DNA from: Candidatus Peribacteria bacterium
GTDB lineage: Bacteria > Patescibacteriota > Gracilibacteria > Peribacterales > Peribacteraceae
Direction: 5' to 3'
Length of the DNA stretch: 17,972 bases
Assembly: GCA_041691135.1 (NCBI GenBank)
Contig: JBEPVF010000020.1
Span: 1 to 17,972 of the forward strand
Under the pieces are notes generated by a model that worked only from the letters and a program-made list of their open reading frames with translations, had not been told where the DNA came from and made no database searches. Below are positions 9,076-17,972 of the stretch, one piece after another. Every line of letters begins with the position of its first letter. Within the stretch, counting starts at the first letter, position 1. The position numbers and the translations under genes were made by a program.

Positions 9076-9144
9076 ATACGAGAACAAAGAGCACGTCCTT
9101 ACAGGAGAACAAAGAACACGTCATACGAGAACAAAGAGCACGTC
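9076..9144 (+). repeat. Three imperfect tandem copies of GAGAACAAAGA(G/A)CACGTC
   Basis: Units at 9080-9097, 9105-9122 and 9127-9144; the last overlaps the CACGTC head of family A copy 4. Confidence 0.9.
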
Positions 9145-9206
9145 ATCTCGACCGAAGCAACGGACAGCGTTACCGTCCGTTGCGCAGTGGAGAGAACCCT
9201 GTATTT
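9139..9206 (+). repeat. REP-like family A copy 4 (long form)
   Basis: CACGTCATCTCGACC-GAA-GCAACGGAC-AGCGTTACC-GTCCGTTGC-GCA-GTGGAGAGAACCCTGTATTT. Confidence 0.92.
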
Positions 9207-9264
9207 CGTCGTTGCTTGTTTTTAAGAGGCCAATCGATACTTCGCGTCACTTTTAAATAGACGC

Positions 9265-10350
9265 CTAGAAGATCTTCAAATGAATGGTCAGATACTTCTT
9301 CGGGTCCTTCCGAATGGTCGTCACCAGATCGGTGCTTGCGCTCAGTAGGTTATTCAGATTGGTGTAGGCCTGATCGTCTGTCGTCAGCTTGCCGAGCGTT
9401 CCCTTGCCATCGTTGATGCCACTCACCAAAGTATTGACCTGGGCCAGCGTGTGGCTCAAGTCATTCCGGAACTTCGGATCCTTCAACATCAGACCAAGGC
9501 CGCCCTTGCCCGCGTCCGCATCGGCCATGATCGAGTTGGCATGGATGAGCGTCGAGTTCAGGTTCTTATAGAGCGAATCGTCCTTGAGCAGCATTCCCGC
9601 CGAGCCCTTGCCGCTGTTCAGGTCGTTGGCAATGTTCTCCATCTTTCCGGCGGCGTCGTTCAACCGGTTGTACAGGGTATCGTCGGTCATCAGCTTGCCG
9701 ATGGAGCCTCGTCCATTGTTCAGGTTCTTCTCAAGGGTCAACAGCTCGTCCACGGTTGCGTTGGCCTTGTTGTACAGATCCGGGTTATTGATCAACTGGC
9801 CGACTGAGCCCTTGCCTGACTGGAGGTTGTCGACGATCACATTCATCTTCGACAGAATCACGTTCAGACTCTCAATGGTGCCCTGACTTGCTTTGACGAC
9901 ATCGGTGATGCTCGGAGTCTCCAGCGTTTTCAACTCATCGCCATCTTTTAAAGGAGGCCCGACGGCAAACTGGCTGTTGATATCCACGACCGTATCGCCG
10001 AGTACGCCCACCGTGGTCAGCGATGCCTTCGAATCTTTCTTCAGACTGGACCCGTACTTGTCATCGAGCTTCAGGATGACCTTGACCGGGGTTAGTTTAC
10101 GGCTGGGCGTATTGACCACCGCCACGCTCTTCACGGTGCCGATCGTAACGCCTTCAAGGTTCACGGCAGCGCCGTCTTTCAGGCCTGCGGAGTTCTCAAA
10201 ATAGACGGGGATCGTCAGCTTATGGGAAAAGAGTCCCAGTCCCGAGGCGCTGGTCATCAAAAACAGCAGCGTCACCAGGATGACGGACGAAACCAGGACA
10301 ATCACGCCCACTTTCAACTGCGACCATCTGACCTCCTGCTGGCTGGGCAT
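9265..10350 (-). CDS. MlaD/MCE-domain protein with a C-terminal helical repeat region
   Basis: N-terminal TM helix, FENSAGLKDGAAVNLEGVTIGTV and GVLGDTVVDI MCE motifs; AAGGAG RBS. Confidence 0.9.
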   Translation of the reverse strand: MPSQQEVRWSQLKVGVIVLVSSVILVTLLFLMTSASGLGLFSHKLTIPVYFENSAGLKDGAAVNLEGVTIGTVKSVAVVNTPSRKLTPVKVILKLDDKYGSSLKKDSKASLTTVGVLGDTVVDINSQFAVGPPLKDGDELKTLETPSITDVVKASQGTIESLNVILSKMNVIVDNLQSGKGSVGQLINNPDLYNKANATVDELLTLEKNLNNGRGSIGKLMTDDTLYNRLNDAAGKMENIANDLNSGKGSAGMLLKDDSLYKNLNSTLIHANSIMADADAGKGGLGLMLKDPKFRNDLSHTLAQVNTLVSGINDGKGTLGKLTTDDQAYTNLNNLLSASTDLVTTIRKDPKKYLTIHLKIF

Positions 10351-10513
10351 AGCTCTCCTTCAAATCTCTTTCAACGGGATGCGACACAGGCAGCAGGGTG
10401 CCCGGTAAGTGAGAGGATACATCAGCCGGGCTGCTGTCCGGCATATCTTCTTTCATCGCTCCCAATGCATAAAGTGCTTGCTTTCAATGGATGCATGAAA
10501 TCAGACATTGGTT

Positions 10514-10891
10514 TCAATTCTCTGCAATTACAACGGCCATGGCGACGCTATTGTTGTGGGTCAGGCTTAGCTGTAAATGGCGCACGCCCATGGAATCAGC
10601 GCGTTCCGCCGCCCTTCCCATGAGATGCAGCGTGGGCCGTTCGCCGGGATTGCGGCGAACTTCGATCTCCCGCCAACTGATTCCATGGGCGATGCCGGTC
10701 CCAAGTGCCTTGGCGGCTGCTTCTTTGGCCGCAAATCGGGCTGCAAAACTTTCGGCAGAGTGCTTCTTTTGCTTGCAGTAGGCAATCTCGCCTTCAGTAA
10801 ACACCCTCTCCATAAAACGTTGGCCGAAACGGGCGAGGCTTTTCTGTACGCGCTCAATCTCGATTAAATCGGTGCCTAACCCAAGAATCAT
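10514..10891 (-). CDS. acpS: Holo-[acyl-carrier-protein] synthase
   Basis: ILGLGTDLIEIERV, AARFAAKEAAAKALGTG, LSLTH; AGGAG RBS. Confidence 0.96.
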   Translation of the reverse strand: MILGLGTDLIEIERVQKSLARFGQRFMERVFTEGEIAYCKQKKHSAESFAARFAAKEAAAKALGTGIAHGISWREIEVRRNPGERPTLHLMGRAAERADSMGVRHLQLSLTHNNSVAMAVVIAEN

Positions 10892-11100
10892 TCGGCATCT
10901 CCTGCGGAGCGTCCAACCTCGCTACCGTTTAGGCCATCAACAGTAGGTAACTGTAGTAACTGTGCACGTCCATTTCGAGCGCGCTCGATACTCTCTGTCG
11001 TCACATGACTACGGTGCGTTGTCTCTATCACGCTTCTCACGATCCTCTCCGATGAACAGCCTAACGGCAGAAATTTCCCGCCCGGCAGCTACAGGATACG

Positions 11101-11466
11101 ATGCAACTTCTTGATATACAGAGCTTCAGCTACGAAGAGCGGCAAGGACTGCTCCCCACTCTGACTTCGGCGCTGGCTGACTGCGGAGGCTGGGTCCTCT
11201 GTCGCCGGGCGCTCTCTCCCTCCATGATGGAGATTCGCCTCGAAATACAGCTTCGCTCCATCGTGGACCTCTATGCCTCCATCGTATCCTCCGGCCTCGA
11301 GCTGACCCGCGCAGGCCATCTTGCGCTCACCGATCTCTGCACCTGCCGCAAAAATCTTGCCTCCCCCGCCGACCTAGGCCAGGTCGTTACTATTCGCCTC
11401 GAAATCAGTTTCCTTGAAGATGTGACGCTACAGTCGCTGCTGATGATTGGCACGATCCCTGCATGA
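11101..11466 (+). CDS. Hypothetical protein, possible ACT-like fold
   Basis: 121-aa ORF with ACAGGA upstream, filling the gap between genes; ERQGLLPTLTSALADCGGWV resembles the ACT D-R-P-G-L-L helix motif. Confidence 0.7.
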   Translation: MQLLDIQSFSYEERQGLLPTLTSALADCGGWVLCRRALSPSMMEIRLEIQLRSIVDLYASIVSSGLELTRAGHLALTDLCTCRKNLASPADLGQVVTIRLEISFLEDVTLQSLLMIGTIPA

Positions 11467-11497
11467 TGGACGGCCAAGCCAAAAGAACTTCCAGAAT

Positions 11498-12094
11498 CTA
11501 TCGACCCAGCCAAACCACTGTCCGTTGATGGAGCAGGCTGTCGGAATCTCCAAGGACCAGCACTCCCGGCTGGCGCTGGCCGCGGGTAAAGATCAGCCCC
11601 AGCCCGGTGGCATCTCCCGCCACTTTGAATACCGGCTGGCTCATCACAGAGTCTCCTGCCGCAACTTTCGCTCTCAGTTGGACGCCTGAGACCGCAGTCG
11701 ATTCCTCCCACCGACGTCCCTGCTTGTCGATCAGATATGCCTGGATCAGCCCTTCGCTCTGCATCTTCTCCTTGCCGTGGTTCGAGATGCGCACGGAGAC
11801 GCGAATCAGCTTGCTGCCATCCCGAATCAGGTAGCCGGGCAGCTCCTGGACCCCGGTCACCGCGAAGCACATCTCGTCGAAGCACCGGTCCTGCCCGAGA
11901 GCCACTACTTTTTGTGGCTTTGTCAGCGAAGTCCACAGCAGAATCGCCATATAGACCACCCAGACGGCGACGATCCACAGCGAATGCCGCATCGCCTTCC
12001 GGCGTTCCTTCCGCACCAGCGAGATCGTGATTCCGGCTGCTCCGACCGCCGTCCAGCCCGCCAGCACAAGCAGCAGCAACTCCCGATAATTCAT
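11498..12094 (-). CDS. Hypothetical membrane-anchored protein (two N-terminal TM helices plus beta-rich domain, DUF4352-like)
   Basis: Two hydrophobic stretches, then IRVSVRISN...YLIDKQGRRW...PVFKV pattern; GAGGG RBS. Confidence 0.7.
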   Translation of the reverse strand: MNYRELLLLVLAGWTAVGAAGITISLVRKERRKAMRHSLWIVAVWVVYMAILLWTSLTKPQKVVALGQDRCFDEMCFAVTGVQELPGYLIRDGSKLIRVSVRISNHGKEKMQSEGLIQAYLIDKQGRRWEESTAVSGVQLRAKVAAGDSVMSQPVFKVAGDATGLGLIFTRGQRQPGVLVLGDSDSLLHQRTVVWLGR

Positions 12095-12132
12095 CTCAGA
12101 CCCTCACTCGCGATAAACTTCATAGTAACGAC

Positions 12133-12834
<702 letters not shown>

Positions 12835-12922
12835 AGACATTCAGTTCGCTTTCAACGCGGTGAAAAGTCTGTCATCCTAGCCTAGTCAAAGGTGTTTTCG
12901 ACCGAACTCGCAAGGACAGCCG

Positions 12923-13792
12923 ATGCCCTGGTACGAACTCGAATCCGCCACCGACCCTCGCCTCGACGAACTGGCGAAGCAATATAACCTGCACCCCCTT
13001 CACGTTGAGGACTGCCGCAGCGACAACGAGAGCGTCAAGGTCGACACTGCCCCGCACTATACCTTTGCTGTCTTCAAGCCGGTCCATCTCGAAGGCAACC
13101 CTGAAATGCCGGTCTTCGCTACCATCGACCTCTTCGCAGGCAAAGACTTTCTCATCACCATCGCTGATCCCAAGTGCCCCTCTACCGCCGAGGCACTGGC
13201 ACGCGCCCGGCGCGACGGCTCCGACGACAACCCTGGCAAGCTTCTGTATCTCATCCTCGACACCATCGTCGATCTCTACTTTCCCGCCATCGACCACTTC
13301 GACGACCGCATCGACGATCTCGAAGATACGGTCATCGATTCCCCGTCGCCCGAGGTACTGCAAAAGGTCTTCGGCATCAAGCGAGAACTGATCGACCTTC
13401 GCCGCATCCTGGTCAACACCCGCGATGCCTCCTTGCATCTGCAGCGCGACCCCGGCTCCATCATCGACGCCGAGCATCAGCCCTATGTCCGCGATATCTA
13501 CGATCATGTGGCTCGCCTGCTCGACTCGGTGGAGACGCAGCGCGACCTGCTCAACAACACGCTCGATATCTACCTTTCGAGCGTCGCCAACCGCACCAAC
13601 GAGGTGATGAAAGTGCTCACAGTGCTCGGCACCATTGCGCTGCCGGTGATCGCCATCTCCGGCATCTATGGCATGAACCTCAAGGGGTTGCCCTTTGAAA
13701 ACTCCCCGAACGGGGCCTTTTATGTGGGCGGAATTACTGTCCTGTGTACAGCATTGTTGCTGGTCATCCTGCGCAAGCTGAAATGGTTTTAG
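12923..13792 (+). CDS. corA: CorA-family Mg2+/Co2+ transporter
   Basis: LHPLHVED, NEVMKVLT, YGMN signature, two C-terminal TM helices ending KLKWF. Confidence 0.92.
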   Translation: MPWYELESATDPRLDELAKQYNLHPLHVEDCRSDNESVKVDTAPHYTFAVFKPVHLEGNPEMPVFATIDLFAGKDFLITIADPKCPSTAEALARARRDGSDDNPGKLLYLILDTIVDLYFPAIDHFDDRIDDLEDTVIDSPSPEVLQKVFGIKRELIDLRRILVNTRDASLHLQRDPGSIIDAEHQPYVRDIYDHVARLLDSVETQRDLLNNTLDIYLSSVANRTNEVMKVLTVLGTIALPVIAISGIYGMNLKGLPFENSPNGAFYVGGITVLCTALLLVILRKLKWF

Positions 13793-13943
13793 ACACCCCA
13801 TCACAAAAACCGACGCTAACCTTTGCACGATGAACATGCACGATGGAAAACGCACCTCGATTTGACCTGGTGCCTTACGCGAAGACGGTTTTTGGCATCT
13901 CTTCTTATTAGACAGACTGTGAAGTCACAAGGAGATTTTCGTT

Positions 13944-14216
13944 ATGACCGATTATCGCGTAGCAAAAGGCGAGGCTCAGGAAGATCAGGTAACAGCCGCG
14001 ATTGAAAAGTTTACAGCGCAGGTTCCGTCCAGCGTTTATCTGGGGCTTGCCTTGGCTTCGATGGCAGTTTCGCTCGGCTTTTCCGCAGCGAAGAAGTCCC
14101 ACTCCGCCCTCTTTGTGGGCCAGTGGGCGGCACCCTTCCTGCTCATCGGTGTCTACAACAAGCTTGTCAAGATTCACGGCTCCGACGGCACTCGGGCCAG
14201 TTCGCTCAATCAGTAG
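13944..14216 (+). CDS. Small hypothetical membrane protein
   Basis: AAGGAG RBS, 90 aa, two hydrophobic segments (ALFVGQWAAPFLLIGVYNKLVK), followed directly by a terminator. Confidence 0.82.
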   Translation: MTDYRVAKGEAQEDQVTAAIEKFTAQVPSSVYLGLALASMAVSLGFSAAKKSHSALFVGQWAAPFLLIGVYNKLVKIHGSDGTRASSLNQ

Positions 14217-14219
14217 AAG

Positions 14220-14255
14220 AAATAGGCCCCCATCCGAAGGCAGGGGCCTATTTTT
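14220..14255. terminator. Intrinsic terminator between convergent genes
   Basis: AAATAGGCCCC...GGGGCCTATTTTT inverted repeat. Confidence 0.85.
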
Positions 14256-14287
14256 CGCTGTCGTCTTTACCGCGACCCAGAAGGTTC

Positions 14288-14923
14288 CTACGCTTGTTCC
14301 ACCGGTATGAACTTCGCGCCGTTTGCTGAAATACGCACCTCGCCTGTGCCTATCTCGTAGACCCAGCCGGAGATGGCCAGTTCCTCTCGCGCCATGGCGG
14401 CAGCCACCGAGGGATGCGTGCGCAGATGCTGAATCTGGAGCAGAACATTCTGTTCGGTGACGCTCCGCATCAGCGTCTCAGCCGTCTCGTCTTTGGCTAC
14501 AAGGGCCTCAGCTACACTCATTGCCGTCGCCGCATTCTTCAACCAGTTCTTCACTGCGGGCATCGCGGTCACGCTTTCAGGGTTGAGCAATCCCTTCATC
14601 GCTCCACAATCGGCATGACCGCAGACCACGATGTGCTTCACCTTCAGCAGGCTGACCGCGTACTCGACCACTGCGCTGACGCCTCCCATCATCTCGCCAT
14701 AGGCAGGAATCAGGTTGCCGATGTTGCGCAGCACAAACAACTCGCCGGGCTTCGATTGCGTGATCGTTTCGGGATCAATCCGCGAGTCGGCGCAAGCGAT
14801 GAAAAGCGTGTGCGGCTCCTGCGGTACGCTTACCGCTTTGCGGTACATCTCTGCCTGTTCGGGGTACACCGTCGTCTGAAACCGGCGAATCCCCGCCTTC
14901 AACTGCTCAAGCACGTCCTGCAT
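14288..14923 (-). CDS. Beta-class carbonic anhydrase
   Basis: CADSR, RNIGN and GHADCGAM zinc-ligand motifs. Confidence 0.96.
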   Translation of the reverse strand: MQDVLEQLKAGIRRFQTTVYPEQAEMYRKAVSVPQEPHTLFIACADSRIDPETITQSKPGELFVLRNIGNLIPAYGEMMGGVSAVVEYAVSLLKVKHIVVCGHADCGAMKGLLNPESVTAMPAVKNWLKNAATAMSVAEALVAKDETAETLMRSVTEQNVLLQIQHLRTHPSVAAAMAREELAISGWVYEIGTGEVRISANGAKFIPVEQA

Positions 14924-14941
14924 AGGTCCTCTTTTCAGGGG

Positions 14942-15511
14942 TTAAGCTTCACGCCATTTGATGTTGCAGCCAAGGCTGGTCCGCTGGTTCGTGTCCGGGC
15001 GCTTGCAGGCGATCACGTCGTCCAGCGCCTGCCGCAGGTCCTTGCCCGTGACCGGAATATCGTTGCCGAAGTCTCCCCGGCGCGGTCGGCTTTCATCCAA
15101 CTGTCCCCGGTAGACGAGCTTCATCTCCGCATCGAAGAGGAAGAAGTCAGGCGTGCATGCGGCGTCATAAGAGCGCGCCACCTCCTGCGACTCGTCGAAC
15201 AGGTAAGAGAAGCGGAAGTCCAGCCGCTCGGCCTGGGCCTTCATCTCGTCCGGGCCGTCCTGAGGATAGGCGACGGCGTCGTTCGAGGAGATCGCCACGA
15301 TGCCGATCTTTCCCTCGTAGTCCGCACCGATGCGTGCCAGTTCCGCCTCGACATGCTTCACATAGGGGCAATGCACGCAGATAAACATCACCAGAAGGCC
15401 GTTTTTGGCGACGTCGTCCCGTCCCACAGCCTTTCCCGTCACTACATCTGCCAGCTCAAAGGCAGGAGCTACTGTTCCCAGCTCCACCATGGCCGATTGT
15501 GTCTTTGACAT
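14942..15511 (-). CDS. Thioredoxin-fold (AhpC/TSA/redoxin-family) protein
   Basis: APAFEL, FICVHCPYV CxxC, ISSND..YPQD, ACTPDFFLFD, YRGQLD, GCNIKW; GGAGG RBS. Confidence 0.92.
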   Translation of the reverse strand: MSKTQSAMVELGTVAPAFELADVVTGKAVGRDDVAKNGLLVMFICVHCPYVKHVEAELARIGADYEGKIGIVAISSNDAVAYPQDGPDEMKAQAERLDFRFSYLFDESQEVARSYDAACTPDFFLFDAEMKLVYRGQLDESRPRRGDFGNDIPVTGKDLRQALDDVIACKRPDTNQRTSLGCNIKWREA

Positions 15512-15618
15512 CGAAATCCTCCCAAACTCTCTTGTCCATCATATCTACCCCGGTTCATCAACCCATTTTCCATTCAGGAGGACGGTCAACTTATCTTCGA
15601 GCTTTAAGGAAGAAGTAA

Positions 15619-15667
15619 AAATACAGGCGTCTCTCCCCTACGCTGCGGCCCCGGTCGAGATCACGTG
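15619..15667 (-). repeat. REP-like family A copy 5 (short, degenerate)
   Basis: Reverse complement CACGTGATCTCGACCGGGGCCGCAGCGTAGGGGAGAGACGCCTGTATTT. Confidence 0.85.
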
Positions 15668-15699
15668 CTTTTGTGTACTTTTCAACCTGCCCCTCAACT

Positions 15700-15764
15700 C
15701 ACGTCATCTCGACCGAAGGCGGCGTTTTTGCCGCCGTAGCGGAGTGAAGAGACCCCTGTATTTT
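15700..15764 (+). repeat. REP-like family A copy 6 (long form)
   Basis: CACGTCATCTCGACC-GAA-GGCGGCGTTTTTGCCGCC-GTA-GCGGAGTGAAGAGACCCCTGTATTT. Confidence 0.92.
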
Positions 15765-16072
15765 GTCGTTGCCAGGGAACTCCTCGGGGAACCCTGCCCT
15801 CGGATTCTGACAACTTTTGCCCATTTCAGGGAAAACATAATCCATCCGGCATTCTTCCCCTGTTTCCCACTTTTCCACTCCCATCCACATTCAATGCACC
15901 ACCGCTGCACCTTGTCGTCTGTATCGCAGGCGCATACCTTCAAAAAGTGCCTATTAATCATCTCGTACTATCCGCATCCGACGTGCTTCCGTTGCAACTT
16001 CCACAGCCAAATCCCTGATTTCTTCATCCTCTATTTATGAATGCCTTGTAAACAGGGGTATTTGCACAGATA

Positions 16073-16088
16073 ACACAATAGGTTGTGC
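16073..16088. promoter_or_regulatory. Putative NrdR box
   Basis: ACACAATAGGTTGTGC resembles the NrdR consensus acaCwAtATaTwGtgt and lies 7 bp upstream of the -35 of a ribonucleotide reductase gene. Confidence 0.75.
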
Positions 16089-16095
16089 TTTATAC

Positions 16096-16124
16096 TTGAC
16101 ACACCCCACCGGCGGCGGTACTTT
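16096..16124 (+). promoter_or_regulatory. Sigma70-type promoter of nrdJ
   Basis: TTGACA (16096-16101), 17-bp spacer, TACTTT (16119-16124). Confidence 0.72.
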
Positions 16125-16309
16125 TGCGACTGCGCCGCTCCAGAACGTTGGTTCGGGTTCCAGTTTTAGCTCTGCTTCGACGCCGCCGGAGCCAGTTGCC
16201 CCGGATTCATATTCAGTGCCGACAGGGCCATTTTTCACCCCGCTCACGAGAGTACGCACCGTGAGCCAGAAGCTTAGTTTCATCATCAAATTAGAAGGAG
16301 CACTATCCC

Positions 16310-17972
16310 ATGGCCACTATCCCCACCCAGCCCGCCAAGACCTCCAAGAACACCGTCCCTGCACCGTCTCAGGCGTCCGCCAAATCCAGTTCCAAGGCCC
16401 CGGGACTGTCCTTCAGCCGCCACTTCACCAAGCCCGGCGTCTCGCCCTTTGACGAGATCACATGGGAGTTTCGTGACGCCATCATTCAGGACTTCAAGGG
16501 CAAGATCATCTTCGAGCAGAAAAATGTCGAGGTTCCCGCCGACTGGTCGATGACCGCCACCAACATCGTGGCCTCGAAGTACCTCCACGGCCTCGTCGGC
16601 ACCGACGAGCGCGAGTCCGGCGTCCGCGCCCTCATCACCCGCGTCGCCGAGTCCATCCGCGACTGGGGCATCCGCGACGGCTACTTCGCCACCCCAGAGG
16701 ACGCCGCCACCTTCTTCGCCGAACTCTCCCACCTGCTCCTCAACCAGAAAGTGGCCTTCAACTCGCCTGTCTGGTTCAACGTAGGTTGCGACCGCCTCGA
16801 GCCGAACTCCGACGCCCAGAACTGGCACTGGAACCAGACCACCGGCAAGGTCGAGTTCTCCGTTACCGGCTATACCCGCCCGCAGTGCTCCGCCTGCTTC
16901 ATCAACTCGGTGAACGACTCGCTCGACAGCATCCTCACCCTGGCCAAGACCGAGGGCATGCTCTTCAAGTGGGGCTCGGGCGCAGGCTCGAACCTGAGCA
17001 GCATCCGCGGCAGCATGGAGACCCTCTCGGGCGGTGGGACGGCCAGCGGCCCGCTCAGCTTCATGCGCGGATTCGACGCCTTCGCCGGTGTCATCAAGTC
17101 CGGTGGCAAGACCCGCCGCGCCGCCAAGATGGTCATCCTCAACGTCGACCATCCCGACATCAACGACTTCATCCAGTGCAAGGTCAGCGAAGAGAAGAAA
17201 GCATGGACGCTCGTACAGGCGGGCTACGACGGCAGCGGCCCCGACTCCGAGGCCTACAGCAGCATCTTCTTCCAGAACGCTAACAACTCCGTCCGCGTCA
17301 ACGACGAGTTCATGGCCGCCGTCGAAGCCGATGGCACCTTCAGCACCAGGACCGTCAAAGAGCGCAAGCCGGTCAAGGAATACCGCGCCCGCGACATCAT
17401 GCACAACATCGCCGAAGCCACCTGGCAGTGCGGCGACCCCGGCATGCAGTACGACACCACCATCAACCGCTGGCACACCAGCAAGAACACCGCTCGCATC
17501 AACGCCAGCAATCCTTGCTCGGAGTACATGTTCCTCGACGACTCCGCCTGCAACCTGGCCAGCTTCAACCTGCTGAAGTTCCTTACCCCCGGCGGCCAGT
17601 TCGACATCCCCGCCTATCGCCACGCCATCGGCATCCTCACCACGGCGATGGAGATCATCGTCGACGCAGCGGGCTACCCCACCGAGCAGATCTCGAAGAA
17701 CTCGCACGACTACCGCCCCCTCGGCCTCGGCTACGCCAACCTCGGTGCGCTTCTGATGGCCTTCGGCCTCCCCTACGATTCTGACGCTGGCCGCGACTTC
17801 GCCGCCGTCCTCACTGCCATCCTCTGCGGCGATTCCTACTGGCAGTCCTCGCGCATCGCAGAAACCTGCCCCGCCCTCGGCGCCGCCACTCCGCTCACCC
17901 AGCAGGCTGAGATCGCTGGCGGAGCCTGCCCCGGCTTCTACGTCAACCGCGAGCCCTTCCTCGACGTCATCC
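16310..17972 (+). CDS. nrdJ: Class II (adenosylcobalamin-dependent) ribonucleotide reductase, 5' part (runs off the window end)
   Basis: AAGGAG RBS then MATIPTQ...FEQKNVEVPADWSMTATNIVASKY...FNSPVWFN...PQCSACFI...KSGGKTRRAAKM...NASNPCSEYMFLDDSACNLASFN; absent from the ORF track, presumably because no stop falls within the window. Confidence 0.95.
   Translation, partial: MATIPTQPAKTSKNTVPAPSQASAKSSSKAPGLSFSRHFTKPGVSPFDEITWEFRDAIIQDFKGKIIFEQKNVEVPADWSMTATNIVASKYLHGLVGTDERESGVRALITRVAESIRDWGIRDGYFATPEDAATFFAELSHLLLNQKVAFNSPVWFNVGCDRLEPNSDAQNWHWNQTTGKVEFSVTGYTRPQCSACFINSVNDSLDSILTLAKTEGMLFKWGSGAGSNLSSIRGSMETLSGGGTASGPLSFMRGFDAFAGVIKSGGKTRRAAKMVILNVDHPDINDFIQCKVSEEKKAWTLVQAGYDGSGPDSEAYSSIFFQNANNSVRVNDEFMAAVEADGTFSTRTVKERKPVKEYRARDIMHNIAEATWQCGDPGMQYDTTINRWHTSKNTARINASNPCSEYMFLDDSACNLASFNLLKFLTPGGQFDIPAYRHAIGILTTAMEIIVDAAGYPTEQISKNSHDYRPLGLGYANLGALLMAFGLPYDSDAGRDFAAVLTAILCGDSYWQSSRIAETCPALGAATPLTQQAEIAGGACPGFYVNREPFLDVI

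Noticed and set aside
9076-9144. Possible mini CRISPR array
   Set aside because: Units are 18 bp with only 4-7 bp between them, there are no spacer-sized unique sequences and no cas genes.
15405-16289. ORFs of 211, 63, 85 and 84 aa upstream of nrdJ
   Set aside because: They run through family A repeats and promoter elements, with no protein-like signal.
16131-16309. Cobalamin riboswitch upstream of the B12-dependent reductase
   Set aside because: The expected conserved motifs (GGGAA, GCCACTG/B12 box) are not visible.
16286-17707. 473-aa minus-strand ORF
   Set aside because: Antisense shadow of nrdJ.

Overview
GC-rich bacterial chromosomal segment. Gene content and protein style suggest Acidobacteriota (inference, not searched). 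It is mostly housekeeping and envelope genes: 3' end of tsf, an NAD(P)H-binding oxidoreductase, pyrH, an acyltransferase-3, two tandem beta-propeller lipoproteins, an M13 peptidase, mlaD-like, acpS, an ACT-like small protein, a membrane-anchored hypothetical, an orphan ABC ATPase, corA-like, a small membrane protein, a beta-carbonic anhydrase, a thioredoxin-fold protein, and the 5' part of a class II ribonucleotide reductase (nrdJ, missed by the ORF track) with an NrdR box and sigma70 promoter. The most striking unexplained structure is non-coding. Six copies of a CGTC-tagged REP-like element lie as three inverted pairs, each pairing one short and one long variant. They share constant flanks around an exchangeable hairpin cassette bordered by GNA triplets. 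A second palindromic repeat family occurs in two copies. No transposase, CRISPR array, tRNA or rRNA was found.
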